A stretch of 63,045 bases of DNA, the filler included. It is 4 parts of 4 records of this genome, joined end to end, with 100 filler letters (N's around TTAATTAATTAA, not from the genome) between each part and the next. Parts side by side here need not be neighbours in the genome. Positions count along the whole stretch, not along the records: positions 1 to 16,850 come from SRR2962707_4847; 3 more parts are not named here. One strand, written 5' to 3'. The position numbers and the translations under genes were made by a program. This document shows positions 1 through 10,431 of this stretch, piece by piece. The notes beneath the pieces are model-generated. The model saw nothing but the letters and a program-made list of their open reading frames with translations, was not told the origin of the DNA and did no database searches. Position 1 is the first letter of the stretch. The number at the start of each line of letters is the position of its first letter.

Positions 1-1059
1 CGGATGGCCGATGGCGATGGCGCCGCCGTTCACATTGACGATGTCCGGGTTCCAGCCGAGATCCTTGTTGACCGCGAGCGCCTGCGCGGCGAAGGCCTCG
101 TTCGCCTCGACAAGATCGAGATCGTCGATCGACCAGCCCGCACGCTTTAGCGCGAGCCGCGAAGCCGGGATCGGACCGCTGCCCATGACCGCCGGGTCGA
201 CACCCGCATGAGCCCAGGAGACGATGCGGCCGAGCACCTTGCGCCCGTCTTTCTCGGCGCGGGCAGCATCCATCAGCACAACGGCGGCTGCGCCGTCATT
301 GATGCCGGAAGCATTGGCGGCGGTCACCGTGCCGCCTTCTTTCTGGAACGCGGGTCTCAGTCCCTTGATGGCATCGATGGTCACGCCATGCTTGATGAAT
401 TCGTCGCTGTCGACGACCGTCTCGCCCTTGCGGCTCTTGATCGTGACGGGCGCGATCTCGTCCTTGAACTTGCCGCCCTTCTGCGCGGCTTCCGCCTTGT
501 TCTGCGAGGCGACGGCGAAGGCGTCCTGTTCGTCGCGCGTGATCTGCCAGCGTGCGGCGACGTTTTCGGCGGTCTGGCCCATGTGGTAGCCGTTGAAAGC
601 GTCCCACAAACCGTCCTTGATCATGGTGTCGACAAAATCGAGCGAGCCCATCTTCTGGCCGGCCCTGAGATGCGCGGCATGCTGCGCCATGCTCATGCTT
701 TCCTGCCCGCCCGCGACCACAATCTCGCTGTCGCCGTTGACGATAGCCTGATAGCCGAGCGCAACCGCGCGCAAGCCCGAGCCGCAAAGCTGGTTCACGC
801 TCCAGGCCGGCACCTCGACCGGAATTCCGGCATTGACGGAGGCCTGGCGGGCCGGGTTCTGGCCCTGTCCCGCTTGCAGGATCTGGCCCATGACGACCTC
901 GGACACATCCGCCTTGTCGATACCGGCCCGTTCGATCGCCGCCGAAATGGCGACCCGGCCAAGTTCATGTGCGGGAAGGCTCGCAAAGGCGCCATTGAAC
1001 GCGCCGACTGGTGTGCGCGCAGCGCCCACAATGACCACATCGGTACCGGATTTGCTCAT
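1..1059 (-). CDS. phaA: Acetyl-CoA C-acetyltransferase (beta-ketothiolase), 3' end truncated by window edge
   Basis: Manual minus-strand translation from ATG at 1059: [19 protein letters not shown]...NQLCGSGL...[11 protein letters not shown]...[10 protein letters not shown]...[12 protein letters not shown], the thiolase motifs. Absent from the ORF track because it runs off the edge. Divergent from phaR. Confidence 0.95.
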   Translation of the reverse strand, partial: MSKSGTDVVIVGAARTPVGAFNGAFASLPAHELGRVAISAAIERAGIDKADVSEVVMGQILQAGQGQNPARQASVNAGIPVEVPAWSVNQLCGSGLRAVALGYQAIVNGDSEIVVAGGQESMSMAQHAAHLRAGQKMGSLDFVDTMIKDGLWDAFNGYHMGQTAENVAARWQITRDEQDAFAVASQNKAEAAQKGGKFKDEIAPVTIKSRKGETVVDSDEFIKHGVTIDAIKGLRPAFQKEGGTVTAANASGINDGAAAVVLMDAARAEKDGRKVLGRIVSWAHAGVDPAVMGSGPIPASRLALKRAGWSIDDLDLVEANEAFAAQALAVNKDLGWNPDIVNVNGGAIAIGHP

Positions 1060-1176
1060 GGGTATGCTCCCTGAAACCGGCCCTGCACGGGCCGTGTGAT
1101 TGTGGAGCCCCGGCAGCGACAAACCGCGGACCGGGGGCGCCCCTGAGGGCCGCCGCCGCGGAAACGCTGTTTTCTG

Positions 1177-1207
1177 TGCATCGCAATGCGGGGCTTGCGC
1201 AGCGCAA
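1177..1207. promoter_or_regulatory. Candidate PhaR operator sites (TGC-N3-GCA type)
   Basis: TGCATCGCA at 1177-1185 and the palindrome TTGCGC-A-GCGCAA at 1195-1207 lie in the divergent phaA/phaR intergenic region. PhaR proteins bind TGC-rich motifs. Confidence 0.45.
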
Positions 1208-1327
1208 CAATACCGCGTCACAATGCCGAATAACAGGGGGCAGGGGACCCGGCGGCAATGTTCGTTGCCGAGCAGGGAAAATCGGGACCCGGTACAACAA
1301 CAGCATTAGTGAGAGATTGGGAAAGCC

Positions 1328-1957
1328 GTGGCAAAAAAGACATCATCCACGGAAGATGACGTCATCGTTATCAAGAAATACGCGAACCGTCGGCTCTACA
1401 ACACAGCGACATCGAGTTATGTGACGCTCGACCATCTCTGCGAGATGGTGAAAAAGGGGCAGGAATTTGTGGTCCGGGACGCGAAGACGGGCGAAGAAAT
1501 TACCCGTTCCGTGCTCACGCAGATCATTTTCGAGGAAGAGGGCAAGGGCCAGAACCTGATGCCGATCAACTTCCTCCGGCAGCTCATTCGCTTCTACGGC
1601 GATAGCTTGCAGAGCTTCGTACCCTCCTATCTTGAGATGAGCATGAACAGCTTCTCGAAGGAGCAGGAGAAGCTGCGCCACCGCGTTACCAGCGCGCTTG
1701 GCGGCCGGGAGCGGCTCGGCCAGTTCGAGGACCAGATTCGTCAGAATCTCGAAATGTTCGACAACGCCATACGCATGTTCTCGCCCTTCGGGCGGCCCGG
1801 CGCGGGCGGCGCCTCTGAGCCCGGGGCAAAGGAACCGGCGAAAGCCGGGAAGGAACCTGAAAAAGGAAGCGACGAGGCGGGCGACAGCGATCTCGACGAG
1901 CTCAAGAAGCAGATTTCCCAGATGCAGGCTCAGCTCGAAGCTCTGTCGAAGAAGTAA
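1328..1957 (+). CDS. phaR: Polyhydroxyalkanoate synthesis repressor PhaR
   Basis: IKKYANRRLYNTATSSYVTL...DAKTGEEITRSVLTQIIFEEE signature; next to phaA. Confidence 0.95.
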   Translation: MAKKTSSTEDDVIVIKKYANRRLYNTATSSYVTLDHLCEMVKKGQEFVVRDAKTGEEITRSVLTQIIFEEEGKGQNLMPINFLRQLIRFYGDSLQSFVPSYLEMSMNSFSKEQEKLRHRVTSALGGRERLGQFEDQIRQNLEMFDNAIRMFSPFGRPGAGGASEPGAKEPAKAGKEPEKGSDEAGDSDLDELKKQISQMQAQLEALSKK

Positions 1958-1967
1958 TCTCCAAGCC

Positions 1968-3809
1968 TCAGGCGACGGTGCGTCCGCCGACCAGCACCGG
2001 GAGCGAGCGCGGCAACGACATGGCCGGCTCGCCGAGATAGAAGCCCTGCAGATATTTGACGCCGAGATCCCTCAGCATCACGACTTCTTCCTCGTTGCTC
2101 ACCCATTCCGCAACCGTCGGCAGATTGAAGTTCCGCGCGAGATCGACCAGCGTGCGCACGAAGAACTGATTGTCGGGATTGGTTGTGAGATCGATGACGA
2201 AGGACCCGTCGATCTTTACGAGATCGACATCGAGCATCTTGAGATTGCGGAAAGACGTGTAACCCGCGCCGAAATCGTCGATGGCGAGCTGGCACCCGAG
2301 TTCGCGGAACTTGGCCACGAACTCCGTGAGCTCTACCACTTCGTGAATGGCGACCGTTTCCGTGATCTCGATCACGAGACGATGAGCGAGGTTCTTGTCG
2401 GCCTCAAGATGCGACGCAAGTGTTTCACGCCAGAGGCGGTCCGCCGTCGTGCGGCCAGAGACATTGAGCGACAGCATGACGTCGGGATAAGCGCGCAGCG
2501 TTTCGATCGCAAGTTCCATCACGCGGTAATCGAGCAGACCGATAATGCCGAGCTTCTCCGCAACCGGCACGAAATGGCCCGCGGAAACCAGAGTGCCATC
2601 CGGCTGTTCCATCCGCACGAGACACTCATACATCGCCGCCTCACCGGTCACCGCATCGACGATCGGCTGATAGGCGATACGGATGCGCTTGTCGTTGAGC
2701 GCCGTGATGAGTTCATCGGCGACGTTGATGTTGCGAAGCCGCGTTTTCTCGCGCTCGCGCGATGGCGCATAGACGACATGGGTATCGCGGAGCCTTTGCT
2801 TCGCGGATATCAGCGCCTCTTCGGCACGCGCAAGCGCCTGATCGACGCTCGACGCATGGCCGGGAAGCGAGATCGAACCGGCCGACACCGTGACGGCGAC
2901 CGGACCGCGCGCCGTCATCACGACCTTGTCGCGCACCTCGGCTAGAAGACGTTCGCAGACGCCGCTCAGCCGCTCTTCATTGCAGTTGTGAAGCACCAAC
3001 CCGAACTTGTTGCCCGCATAGCGCCCGAGCGAATCTCCGCGCCGCGCAAGCGAGCGCAACCGCACACCGACATTGACGATCACTTCGTCTGCAACGTCGA
3101 AACCGAATGCATCGTTGATGAGCGCAAGATTGTCGACCGCGATCAGCAGAAAGGCGGAGCTTTGCCGTCCGCGCTGCGAGGCAATCATGGCATCCGTCAG
3201 CGCCTCCTTGAGGCGCACGCGATTGAGAAGACCCGTCAGTTCGTCATAGGTCGACAGGCGGACAAGCTCGGATTCGCGCTTGTGACGCTCGTCGATCGCA
3301 CGCAGTACGCCGACAGTATAGGCGGGTGCGCCATCCGGCCCGCCGAACCAGCGGCCGCGATCCTCGACCCAGCGCACGCCGCCGAAGTCGTCGCGAATTT
3401 GATATTCGAGTTCGTAAGAAACGCCGGAACCCTTATCGCTTTCGCGCGAGCGGCAGATGCGCTCGTAGCGGCTCGGCCCTTCGGCAACGAGACGCGCGGC
3501 AAAATCGCGATGGGTCGAAAGCTTCGAGATGTCGGAAATGCCGAGCAGAAGCTCCGCGCCCGGACCCCAAGTGAGTATGTCGTCGTCGATTGCCCACTTG
3601 TAGGCAGCGTCACCGACTGCCTTTACAACACTCTTGAGGAGGTCGTCTGCCTGCGCTTCCATGAGATCGAAGCCATACGCCTCTTCGACTCTGTGCGCAT
3701 CCTGCGTCTTCGAGTCCACAACACCGCTCCTGCCGCATTCGTCAAACTTGGGCGGATCGCCCCACAACGGACGCTTTCCTGGCGCCGTTCCAGCGATAAT
3801 CGACGACAA
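1968..3809 (-). CDS. PAS-GGDEF(degenerate)-EAL c-di-GMP phosphodiesterase
   Basis: PAS/PAC-like RWVEDRGR, DELTGLLNR, GGDEF replaced by AGNKF; EAL domain with YQPIV/ECLVRM/EITET/IDDFGAGYTS. The true start may be a downstream GTG near 3720. Confidence 0.9.
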   Translation of the reverse strand: MSSIIAGTAPGKRPLWGDPPKFDECGRSGVVDSKTQDAHRVEEAYGFDLMEAQADDLLKSVVKAVGDAAYKWAIDDDILTWGPGAELLLGISDISKLSTHRDFAARLVAEGPSRYERICRSRESDKGSGVSYELEYQIRDDFGGVRWVEDRGRWFGGPDGAPAYTVGVLRAIDERHKRESELVRLSTYDELTGLLNRVRLKEALTDAMIASQRGRQSSAFLLIAVDNLALINDAFGFDVADEVIVNVGVRLRSLARRGDSLGRYAGNKFGLVLHNCNEERLSGVCERLLAEVRDKVVMTARGPVAVTVSAGSISLPGHASSVDQALARAEEALISAKQRLRDTHVVYAPSREREKTRLRNINVADELITALNDKRIRIAYQPIVDAVTGEAAMYECLVRMEQPDGTLVSAGHFVPVAEKLGIIGLLDYRVMELAIETLRAYPDVMLSLNVSGRTTADRLWRETLASHLEADKNLAHRLVIEITETVAIHEVVELTEFVAKFRELGCQLAIDDFGAGYTSFRNLKMLDVDLVKIDGSFVIDLTTNPDNQFFVRTLVDLARNFNLPTVAEWVSNEEEVVMLRDLGVKYLQGFYLGEPAMSLPRSLPVLVGGRTVA

Positions 3810-4036
3810 GCGGTTAAAAATTCGAGAAGCGGCGTGACCACTAAACCTTTAATAAATCTAGTTAATTCACACATTTGTTCCGTTTCGAAACGTTACCGCC
3901 GCAAGAACGCCCTCCAACCGCGAGAAATCTCATGGCAAGTTTCTTGCGACATTGACCGTGATTGAGTCGCGGGGGGCGCGGCAGGCCCGATTGGGCACAG
4001 CCGGAAGACGCACCCGCATCACGCGGATAAAGGCGC

Positions 4037-4372
4037 ATGGCCGAAACAACGCCGATACGAGGAACGCAACGCGCTCTGCCTGCACCACGCCGCAGGGACG
4101 AGACGCCGCGCGCGAAGCGGCTTGAGTCCGCGCCGCTGCCGGAAACGGCGTCCGCCGCGAGTGCGGGCCTAGGCCGGCCGGACCTGAGCACGATCCGTCC
4201 CGCCGCCGCCTTCCTCGCGCAATATATCGATCAGCACTGGAACTGGGGGCGCTCACCCGCCCGCAAGGAAGAGCAGCGCCGCCACGCGACAGGCGCCTAC
4301 ATCCAGGCCGACATGCTGCCGGACCTGCTGGCCGAGACGCTGAGGCCTGGCCACCACGAGCGCAAACTCTGA
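4037..4372 (+). CDS. Small hypothetical protein
   Basis: 111-aa ORF with AAGG RBS, filling the gap between the PDE gene and ggt. No domain recognised. Confidence 0.6.
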   Translation: MAETTPIRGTQRALPAPRRRDETPRAKRLESAPLPETASAASAGLGRPDLSTIRPAAAFLAQYIDQHWNWGRSPARKEEQRRHATGAYIQADMLPDLLAETLRPGHHERKL

Positions 4373-4387
4373 TCCTCTGAGAATCCG

Positions 4388-5974
4388 TCAGTAACCGACC
4401 GCCGCGCCATCCTTGCGCGGATCGGAGCCGCCAATGAGCGTACCGCGCTCATGATCGACGAAGATGGCCTGACCGCCGCCATGCGGCATGAAGGCGTCCT
4501 TGATCGAATGGCCGCGCGCAACAAGCCCATCGCGCGTGTCCGCCGAAAGCCCGCGCTCGACCTCAAGCGCCTCCGCACCGGGAAAGGCACGCGGGCTGTC
4601 GAGTGCTTCCTGCACATCCATGCCGTAATCGATCATGTTCGACACGACATGCGCGTGGCCGACCGCCTGATAAGCGCCGCCCATGACGCCGAAGGGCATG
4701 GTGGCGCGCCCCTTCTCGACCATCATCGCGGGGATGATCGTGTGAAGCGGACGCTTGCCGCCGGCAACGCAATTCGGATGCCCCTCTTCCATTACGAAAC
4801 CCGAGCCCCGGTTCTGGAACATGACGCCCGACCCCGGCGCAAGAATGCCGGAACCGAAGCCGAAGAACAGCGAATTGATGAAAGAGACGGCGTTGCGGTC
4901 CTTGTCGACCACGGTGAGGTAAACCGTGTCGCGGTTCAGCGGATCACGAAGCGCCGACAGATTTTCGATCCGCCTGTCGGGATCGATCTGCGCCGCCAGT
5001 TCATCCGCCAGTCGTTCCGATAGAAGCCACTCCACCGGCACCTCACCGAATGACGGGTCTGCAATATGCCTGTCGCGGAGGTCGTAGGCGAGGCGCGCAG
5101 CTTCCATTTCATAGTGGAACCGAACCGGGCCGTGAGGATCGAGCCCGTCGAGACCCGCACGCGAAAGGATGTTCAGCATCACCAGCGCCGTGATGCCCTG
5201 CCCGTTCGGCGGTATCTCGCAAATTTCCCGGCCCCGGTAGCTTGTGCGGATCGGCGTGACATAATTGCAAGCCGTCTCCGCGAAATCCTCGAGCGTGTGG
5301 AAGCCGCCGAGCGCCCGGAGCTTCATCACCATGTCTTCGGCAAGCGCACCTTCGTAGAAGGCAGCGCGCCCCTTCTCGCCGATAAGGCGAAGCGTCTTTG
5401 CGAGGACCGGCAGGCGAAACTTGTCCCCGGCTTTGGGTGCCTTGCCGTCGACCGTGTATTGCGCGGGCGCATCCGCATCATGCGCGAGATGCCCTTCAAG
5501 AAAACGCCATTCGAGCGCGATGCGCGGCGCAACCGCGAAGCCTTCCTCGGCAAGCCGGATGGCCGGTTCAAGGACGCGGCCGAGTTCCATCGTGCCATGG
5601 TCCGCAATAAGTCTTGCCCAGGCGTCGACGGCGCCGGGCACCGTCACCGAATGAACGCTGTTGAGCGAGAGCGTGCCGCCCGCCGCCTTCATCTTTTCGA
5701 GCCTCATCGCCTTCGGCGCGCGGCCCGAGCCGTTGAGCCCGATAATGTCGCCGCTCCCTTGCTTCGACAGCAGCACGAAGCAATCGCCGCCGATGCCGGT
5801 GTTATAGGGCTCGACAACGCAGAGCACGGCGCTTGCGGCAATCGCTGCATCAACGGCGTTGCCCCCCGCGCGCAAAATCGAGATCGCGGCTTCGGCGGCA
5901 AGCGGCTGCGACGTCGCGCACATGCCGTTGACGCTGTGAACGGGGGAGCGGCCGGAAAGATGCAGATCGCGCAT
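4388..5974 (-). CDS. ggt: Gamma-glutamyltransferase
   Basis: GGNAVDAAIA, TGIGGDCF, DTVYLTVVDKDRNAVSFINS (catalytic Thr), KRPLHTIIPAM, GGSDPRKDG. Confidence 0.95.
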   Translation of the reverse strand: MRDLHLSGRSPVHSVNGMCATSQPLAAEAAISILRAGGNAVDAAIAASAVLCVVEPYNTGIGGDCFVLLSKQGSGDIIGLNGSGRAPKAMRLEKMKAAGGTLSLNSVHSVTVPGAVDAWARLIADHGTMELGRVLEPAIRLAEEGFAVAPRIALEWRFLEGHLAHDADAPAQYTVDGKAPKAGDKFRLPVLAKTLRLIGEKGRAAFYEGALAEDMVMKLRALGGFHTLEDFAETACNYVTPIRTSYRGREICEIPPNGQGITALVMLNILSRAGLDGLDPHGPVRFHYEMEAARLAYDLRDRHIADPSFGEVPVEWLLSERLADELAAQIDPDRRIENLSALRDPLNRDTVYLTVVDKDRNAVSFINSLFFGFGSGILAPGSGVMFQNRGSGFVMEEGHPNCVAGGKRPLHTIIPAMMVEKGRATMPFGVMGGAYQAVGHAHVVSNMIDYGMDVQEALDSPRAFPGAEALEVERGLSADTRDGLVARGHSIKDAFMPHGGGQAIFVDHERGTLIGGSDPRKDGAAVGY

Positions 5975-5980
5975 GGGAAC

Positions 5981-6331
5981 TCAACTGTTACGGGTGGCGA
6001 GGATAAGCGACTGAAGGTCCGCGACCGCGCGCTCGATGCGGACGAGCCGCGCATCCATGTCGTCGAGCTTCGCCATGATCGCGGCGTCGCCGCCTTTAGG
6101 CGGCGCAGGCACAGGCGTCGAGACGCCGGCCTTGTTCGCAACCTCGGCCGCTGTGCATCCGAGAAGCGCCGCCAGCGCGCCGACATCACCCGGCGCGAGT
6201 TCGCGCTGGTCCTTCCAGATTTCGTCGACCTGTCCGCGCGAAAGGCGAAGGGCAGCCGCGACGTCGTTCCGCGTTCGCCCCGCCTCCATCAGTTTCGCGT
6301 CGAACCATTCCTGGTCGAAGAAAAGCGCCAT
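5981..6331 (-). CDS. Putative HTH DNA-binding protein
   Basis: MALFFDQEWFDAKL...DVAAALRLSRGQVDEIWKDQREL is HTH-like, with a C-terminal coiled coil. Confidence 0.65.
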   Translation of the reverse strand: MALFFDQEWFDAKLMEAGRTRNDVAAALRLSRGQVDEIWKDQRELAPGDVGALAALLGCTAAEVANKAGVSTPVPAPPKGGDAAIMAKLDDMDARLVRIERAVADLQSLILATRNS

Positions 6332-6338
6332 GCCTTGC

Positions 6339-7153
6339 TCAGCGTCCCTTGAATTCTGGCGCACGCTTTTCGAGGAAACTGCGCACGCCTTCGCGATGAT
6401 CTTCCGTCTGGAACAGTTTACCCAGCGTACCGCTCACCCAGCTACCAATTTCGCGCAGGTCGCCATAGGAGGTGCGGCGCAGTCCCTCCTTCATGAAACG
6501 AAGCGCGAGCGGCGCGTTGACGGCGATGCGCTGGGCGAGCGCCATCGCACGATCCATGAGTTCGTCATGCGGCACGACCTCGCTGACGAGCCCGATCCGT
6601 TCCGCCTCCACCGCATCGATCACATCCCCGGTGAAAAGAAGCTCCGCCGCTTTTGCCGGGCCGACAATCGCGGGAAGCCGCCAGAGGCCGCCGACATCGA
6701 TGATGAGGCCGCGCTTGATGAAGATTTTGCCGAACTTCGCTTGTTCCGAAGCGATGCGGATATCGGCAAAGAGCGTGAGCTCCATGCCCCAGCCGACCGC
6801 GGCCCCATTGACAGCCGCGATCACAGGACGGTCGCATTCGAGCGCGGCAACGGCGGCGGGCGTCGGCTCGGGGCGCACGCTGGTGAGCCGCGTCACGCTC
6901 TGCTCGTGCTGCTCGCCCGTCATCATTTCTTCACGTCCTCGCCTGAGCAGAAGGCGGGGTCCGAGCCCGTCACGATCACGCAGCGCACATCCGGGTCCGC
7001 CGAGGCGGCGCGGAATGCGGCCTCCACCTCGTCATAGGCGCGCCGGTTCAACGCGTTGCGCCGTTCCGGCCGGTTGATGGTGACGATGGCAACATGATCC
7101 TTCACTTCGTAAAGAACGCATTCGAACTCCGATGGCTCGATGCGCGGTGTCAT
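6339..7153 (-). pseudogene. Enoyl-CoA hydratase/isomerase (crotonase) split by an apparent 1-nt deletion near 6929
   Basis: The N-half (7153-6923: VAIVTINRPERRNALN...AFCSGEDVK) and C-half (6926-6339: PVIAAVNGAAVGWGMEL...REGVRSFLEKRAPEF) are in different frames. The junction reads GTGAAGAAATGATG; one extra base gives a continuous D-V-K-E-M-M. Confidence 0.75.
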
Positions 7154-7217
7154 GGCTTCCTCCCTTATGAATATCTTTCCTGCGAGCCTAACGGCGCGAC
7201 AGGCGGGAGCAAGACAT

Positions 7218-8330
7218 TCACGCGAAGAAGATGACCGAAACCAGCACCAGTCCTGCGATCCAGACCGTTTCGGCGACCATGAGCCCGGCAGGCCGCCAGC
7301 CCGCTGACGCAAGGTCGCGAAAGGATGTCTTCATCCCGAGCGCGGCGATGGCCGTCACGAGACACCAGCGGGAAACGTCTGTCGCAGCGTCAACCACCAT
7401 CGGCGTCAGAAGCCCGAAGCTGTTGATGGCGACAAGTACGGCAAAGCCGACAAGAAACAGCGGCACAAGCCGGGTGCCGCCCGATGCGCGCCCGCCGCCG
7501 CTCCTGCTGACCACAAGGGCGATGCAGAAGACGACCGGCAGCAGCATCGCGACACGCAACAGCTTGACGTATGTCGCAACGTCGCCCGTCTCGACCGAGA
7601 CCATGTAGCCCGCGCCGACGACCTGCGCGACGTCGTGGATCGTGCCGCCGAGAAATATCCCCGCCTCCGTGTCGTCGAGACCGATGATGCGGACAAAAAC
7701 AGGATAGAGAACCATCGCCAGCGTCGAGAGCGCGGTAATGGCAACAACGGTGAGGATCGTGTCACGTTCGTTTTCGTCGCGGCGCGGCAGAACAGACGCG
7801 ATGGCGAGCGCCGCCGAGGCGCCGCAAATCGCGACGGCGCCGCCGGAAAGAACGCCGAAAACCCGGCTGAGCCCGAGCAGCCGCGACAGCAGCACACCGG
7901 CAAGGATGGTCGTCGCAACGCCCGCGACGACGGTGAGAACGGGAGCGACGCCGAGGCTCGCGATTTCGCCTGCCGTGATCCTGACGCCGAGCAGCGCCAC
8001 GCCGACCCTGAGGATGGTGCGGGACGAGAACTCGATGCCCGCGACGCAGCGCCCTTCTTCGTGCAGGAAATGAAACGCCATGCCGAAGAGCAGTGCGAAC
8101 AGCATGACCGGCGCGCCGTAATGCTGCGAAAGCCAGGACGAAGCCAGCGCAATCGTGACTGCGGCGAGGACGCCCGGATAAACGGCGTGAACAAGCGCGC
8201 CCTTGGGCAGCCGGTGCAGCGGGGATCGCGAGGACGGCACACTGTGCTCGGCCCGCAAGATCCCTTCCATGCTCTCAAGCGATTCAAGCTGCTTTAGGGA
8301 TCGCGGTGCGCCCCGCTCCGGTTCCGCCAT
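7218..8330 (-). CDS. YeiH/UPF0324 family putative sulfate exporter membrane protein
   Basis: Multi-TM; LRVGVALLG, AICGASAALA, GGTIHDVAQVVGAG, VKLLRVAML motifs. Confidence 0.9.
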   Translation of the reverse strand: MAEPERGAPRSLKQLESLESMEGILRAEHSVPSSRSPLHRLPKGALVHAVYPGVLAAVTIALASSWLSQHYGAPVMLFALLFGMAFHFLHEEGRCVAGIEFSSRTILRVGVALLGVRITAGEIASLGVAPVLTVVAGVATTILAGVLLSRLLGLSRVFGVLSGGAVAICGASAALAIASVLPRRDENERDTILTVVAITALSTLAMVLYPVFVRIIGLDDTEAGIFLGGTIHDVAQVVGAGYMVSVETGDVATYVKLLRVAMLLPVVFCIALVVSRSGGGRASGGTRLVPLFLVGFAVLVAINSFGLLTPMVVDAATDVSRWCLVTAIAALGMKTSFRDLASAGWRPAGLMVAETVWIAGLVLVSVIFFA

Positions 8331-9134
8331 TTAGGCGAATTCGGCAAGTGCATCCGCACCTGCATCGCCGAGCTTCGAGCCGCCGTCGCAATCGACGATG
8401 GTGCCGGTGATGTATTTCGCGTTGTCCGTCGACAGAAACAGCGCCGTGTCCGCGATATCGGTCTTCGTGCCGTAGTCGCGCAGCGAGATCCGCGACTTGA
8501 TCGCCTTTTCCGCTTCCGCCGTCGGTGCGAGCCGCGCCATGCCTTCCGTGTCCGAGATCGGACCCGGCGAAATCGCATTCACCCGCACGCCCGCCGGGCC
8601 CCACTCCATCGCGAGGCACTTGGTCAGCATGTTGATGCCCGCTTTCGCCGCACAGACATGCGACTGGAACACCGACGGATTGACCGCCTGCGGCGCCGTG
8701 ATCGAGATAAGCGAGGCACCCGGCCGGTTCAGATACTGGAACGATGCCCGCAGCACGTTGAAGGTGCCGATGAGGTCGATATCGACCACCGTCTTGAACC
8801 CCTTGGACGACATGCCAAGCGCGGGCGCGACGAAATTCCCGGCCGCACCTGAAATCACGATGTCAAAATTGCCGAGCCGCTCCTGAGCCTGCTTCATCGC
8901 CCCGTCGACGGAGTCGAAATCGCGCACGTCGGCCGCCATGCCGATTGCTTCGAAGCCTTCGTCCGTGATGGTCTTTGCCGCGGCGGTGATTTTCTCATGA
9001 CTGCGGCTGATGAGGGCGACTTTCGCGCCCGCGCGCGCAAAATGCTGCGCAATGCCGAGATTGATGCCGCTCGATGCCCCGGCAACGAAAACCGTCTTGC
9101 CTGCGAGTACTTTTTCCCTGAATGCATCCGCCAT
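8331..9134 (-). CDS. SDR oxidoreductase, 2,4-dienoyl-CoA reductase-like
   Basis: VAGASSGINLGIA, SGAAGNF, HVCAAKAG, RVNAISPGPI; start MADAFREK at 9134. Confidence 0.9.
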   Translation of the reverse strand: MADAFREKVLAGKTVFVAGASSGINLGIAQHFARAGAKVALISRSHEKITAAAKTITDEGFEAIGMAADVRDFDSVDGAMKQAQERLGNFDIVISGAAGNFVAPALGMSSKGFKTVVDIDLIGTFNVLRASFQYLNRPGASLISITAPQAVNPSVFQSHVCAAKAGINMLTKCLAMEWGPAGVRVNAISPGPISDTEGMARLAPTAEAEKAIKSRISLRDYGTKTDIADTALFLSTDNAKYITGTIVDCDGGSKLGDAGADALAEFA

Positions 9135-9314
9135 CTGTTTCTCCTGTTCAATGCGCATTTCGCGCCCGCTTTGGCCCGCATCAAGCCTGCATTTCAAGGC
9201 GCCCGCAACCCCGGCGGCGCATTTGTAGACGGGCAGTCAAGGCACTAGACTGCGCCCTCATCGGCTTCCGCAAGGGATGCCTAGCGAAGCTGAAACGGAA
9301 GTGAAACCGGCTCC

Positions 9315-10403
9315 ATGATCTATGTGAAGGCACTGGGCATTCTTCTCGCGGCGATCGCGCTGATCATGCTGATGAGCTATTGGGCGGCGGGCCGCGCGCG
9401 TTCAGCGCTCGACAGCGACGCACGGGACGAGTTGCTGACCGAAGGCCATGCCTATAGCTTTGCCGAACTGCCGCAGGGAACCGTCCACTATCGCCTTGAA
9501 GGCCCGGAGAACGGCCAGCTCATCGTACTCGTTCACGGCTTCGCAACGCCGTCCGTCATTTGGTCGGACTACTTCAAGCCGCTGACGGATGCGGGCTACC
9601 GCGTCCTCGCTTTCGACAATTATGGCCGTGGTCTTTCCGACCGCCCGGACATCGTCTATGACGCGGACCTCTTCGACGACCAGCTGACCGGCCTGCTCGA
9701 CACACTTGGCGTCAATCGCCGGGTCGACATCGTCGGCTATTCCATGGGCGGCGCCATTGTCGCCGTCTTCACTGCGCGCCACCCCGAGCGCGTACGCTCG
9801 ATGACGCTGATCGCGCCGGCGGGCCTCGGGAAACTTTCGAACGAACGCACCGAAATGCTGATGCGCCCGTTGATCGGCGACTGGATCATCCGTCTTTTCG
9901 GCACGAAGATGTTTTACGCCGCAGCGGCCGAAGAAGCCAAAAGCATTCCTAACTCCGGCCAGCTCCTCGCCGCCGTCAACCGGCAGCTTCAGTATCGGGG
10001 CTATGGCGATGCATTGCTCTCAACGATGCGTCACTATCCGCTCGAGAATGCGGCTGAATTTTATGCGTCTATCGGCGCATCGTCCTTGCCTGTGCTCGCG
10101 ATCTGGGGCGAGGCAGATGAGGTTGTCCCGTTCGATCACGCGCAACATCTGATGAAACTCGTGCCACAGGTGCAACTGCGTTCCTATCCCGGCATGGGCC
10201 ACAGTATAGGCGTCGCCGACCCGCAACTGGTCGGCGGGCTGATCGGCCGCTTTCTCGCCGAGCAGGAAGCGCGCCTTACGTCGCCGGGCGCAGCAGGGAA
10301 ACCACGCGGACCGCTTGCCCGCATGGAATCGCGCCGTTGCGCAAGCTGCGGCGGCGACCCCGACAAAACCTCCCTCGCCCCTGCTGCACCGCGGACGGAC
10401 TGA
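9315..10403 (+). CDS. Alpha/beta hydrolase with N-terminal membrane anchor
   Basis: LVHGF, DNYGRGLS, GYSMGG nucleophile elbow, WGEADEVVP, GMGH. Confidence 0.9.
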   Translation: MIYVKALGILLAAIALIMLMSYWAAGRARSALDSDARDELLTEGHAYSFAELPQGTVHYRLEGPENGQLIVLVHGFATPSVIWSDYFKPLTDAGYRVLAFDNYGRGLSDRPDIVYDADLFDDQLTGLLDTLGVNRRVDIVGYSMGGAIVAVFTARHPERVRSMTLIAPAGLGKLSNERTEMLMRPLIGDWIIRLFGTKMFYAAAAEEAKSIPNSGQLLAAVNRQLQYRGYGDALLSTMRHYPLENAAEFYASIGASSLPVLAIWGEADEVVPFDHAQHLMKLVPQVQLRSYPGMGHSIGVADPQLVGGLIGRFLAEQEARLTSPGAAGKPRGPLARMESRRCASCGGDPDKTSLAPAAPRTD

Positions 10404-10431
10404 CGGCAAAAACGAAGAAAGTGATTTCTTG

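Noticed and set aside
208-1074. 288-aa plus-strand ORF, and similar long ORFs such as 1698-2945, 5066-6352, 13747-14961, 28020-29408 and 31865-33547
   Set aside because: Antisense shadows of well-supported genes; high-GC codon bias suppresses stops on the opposite strand.
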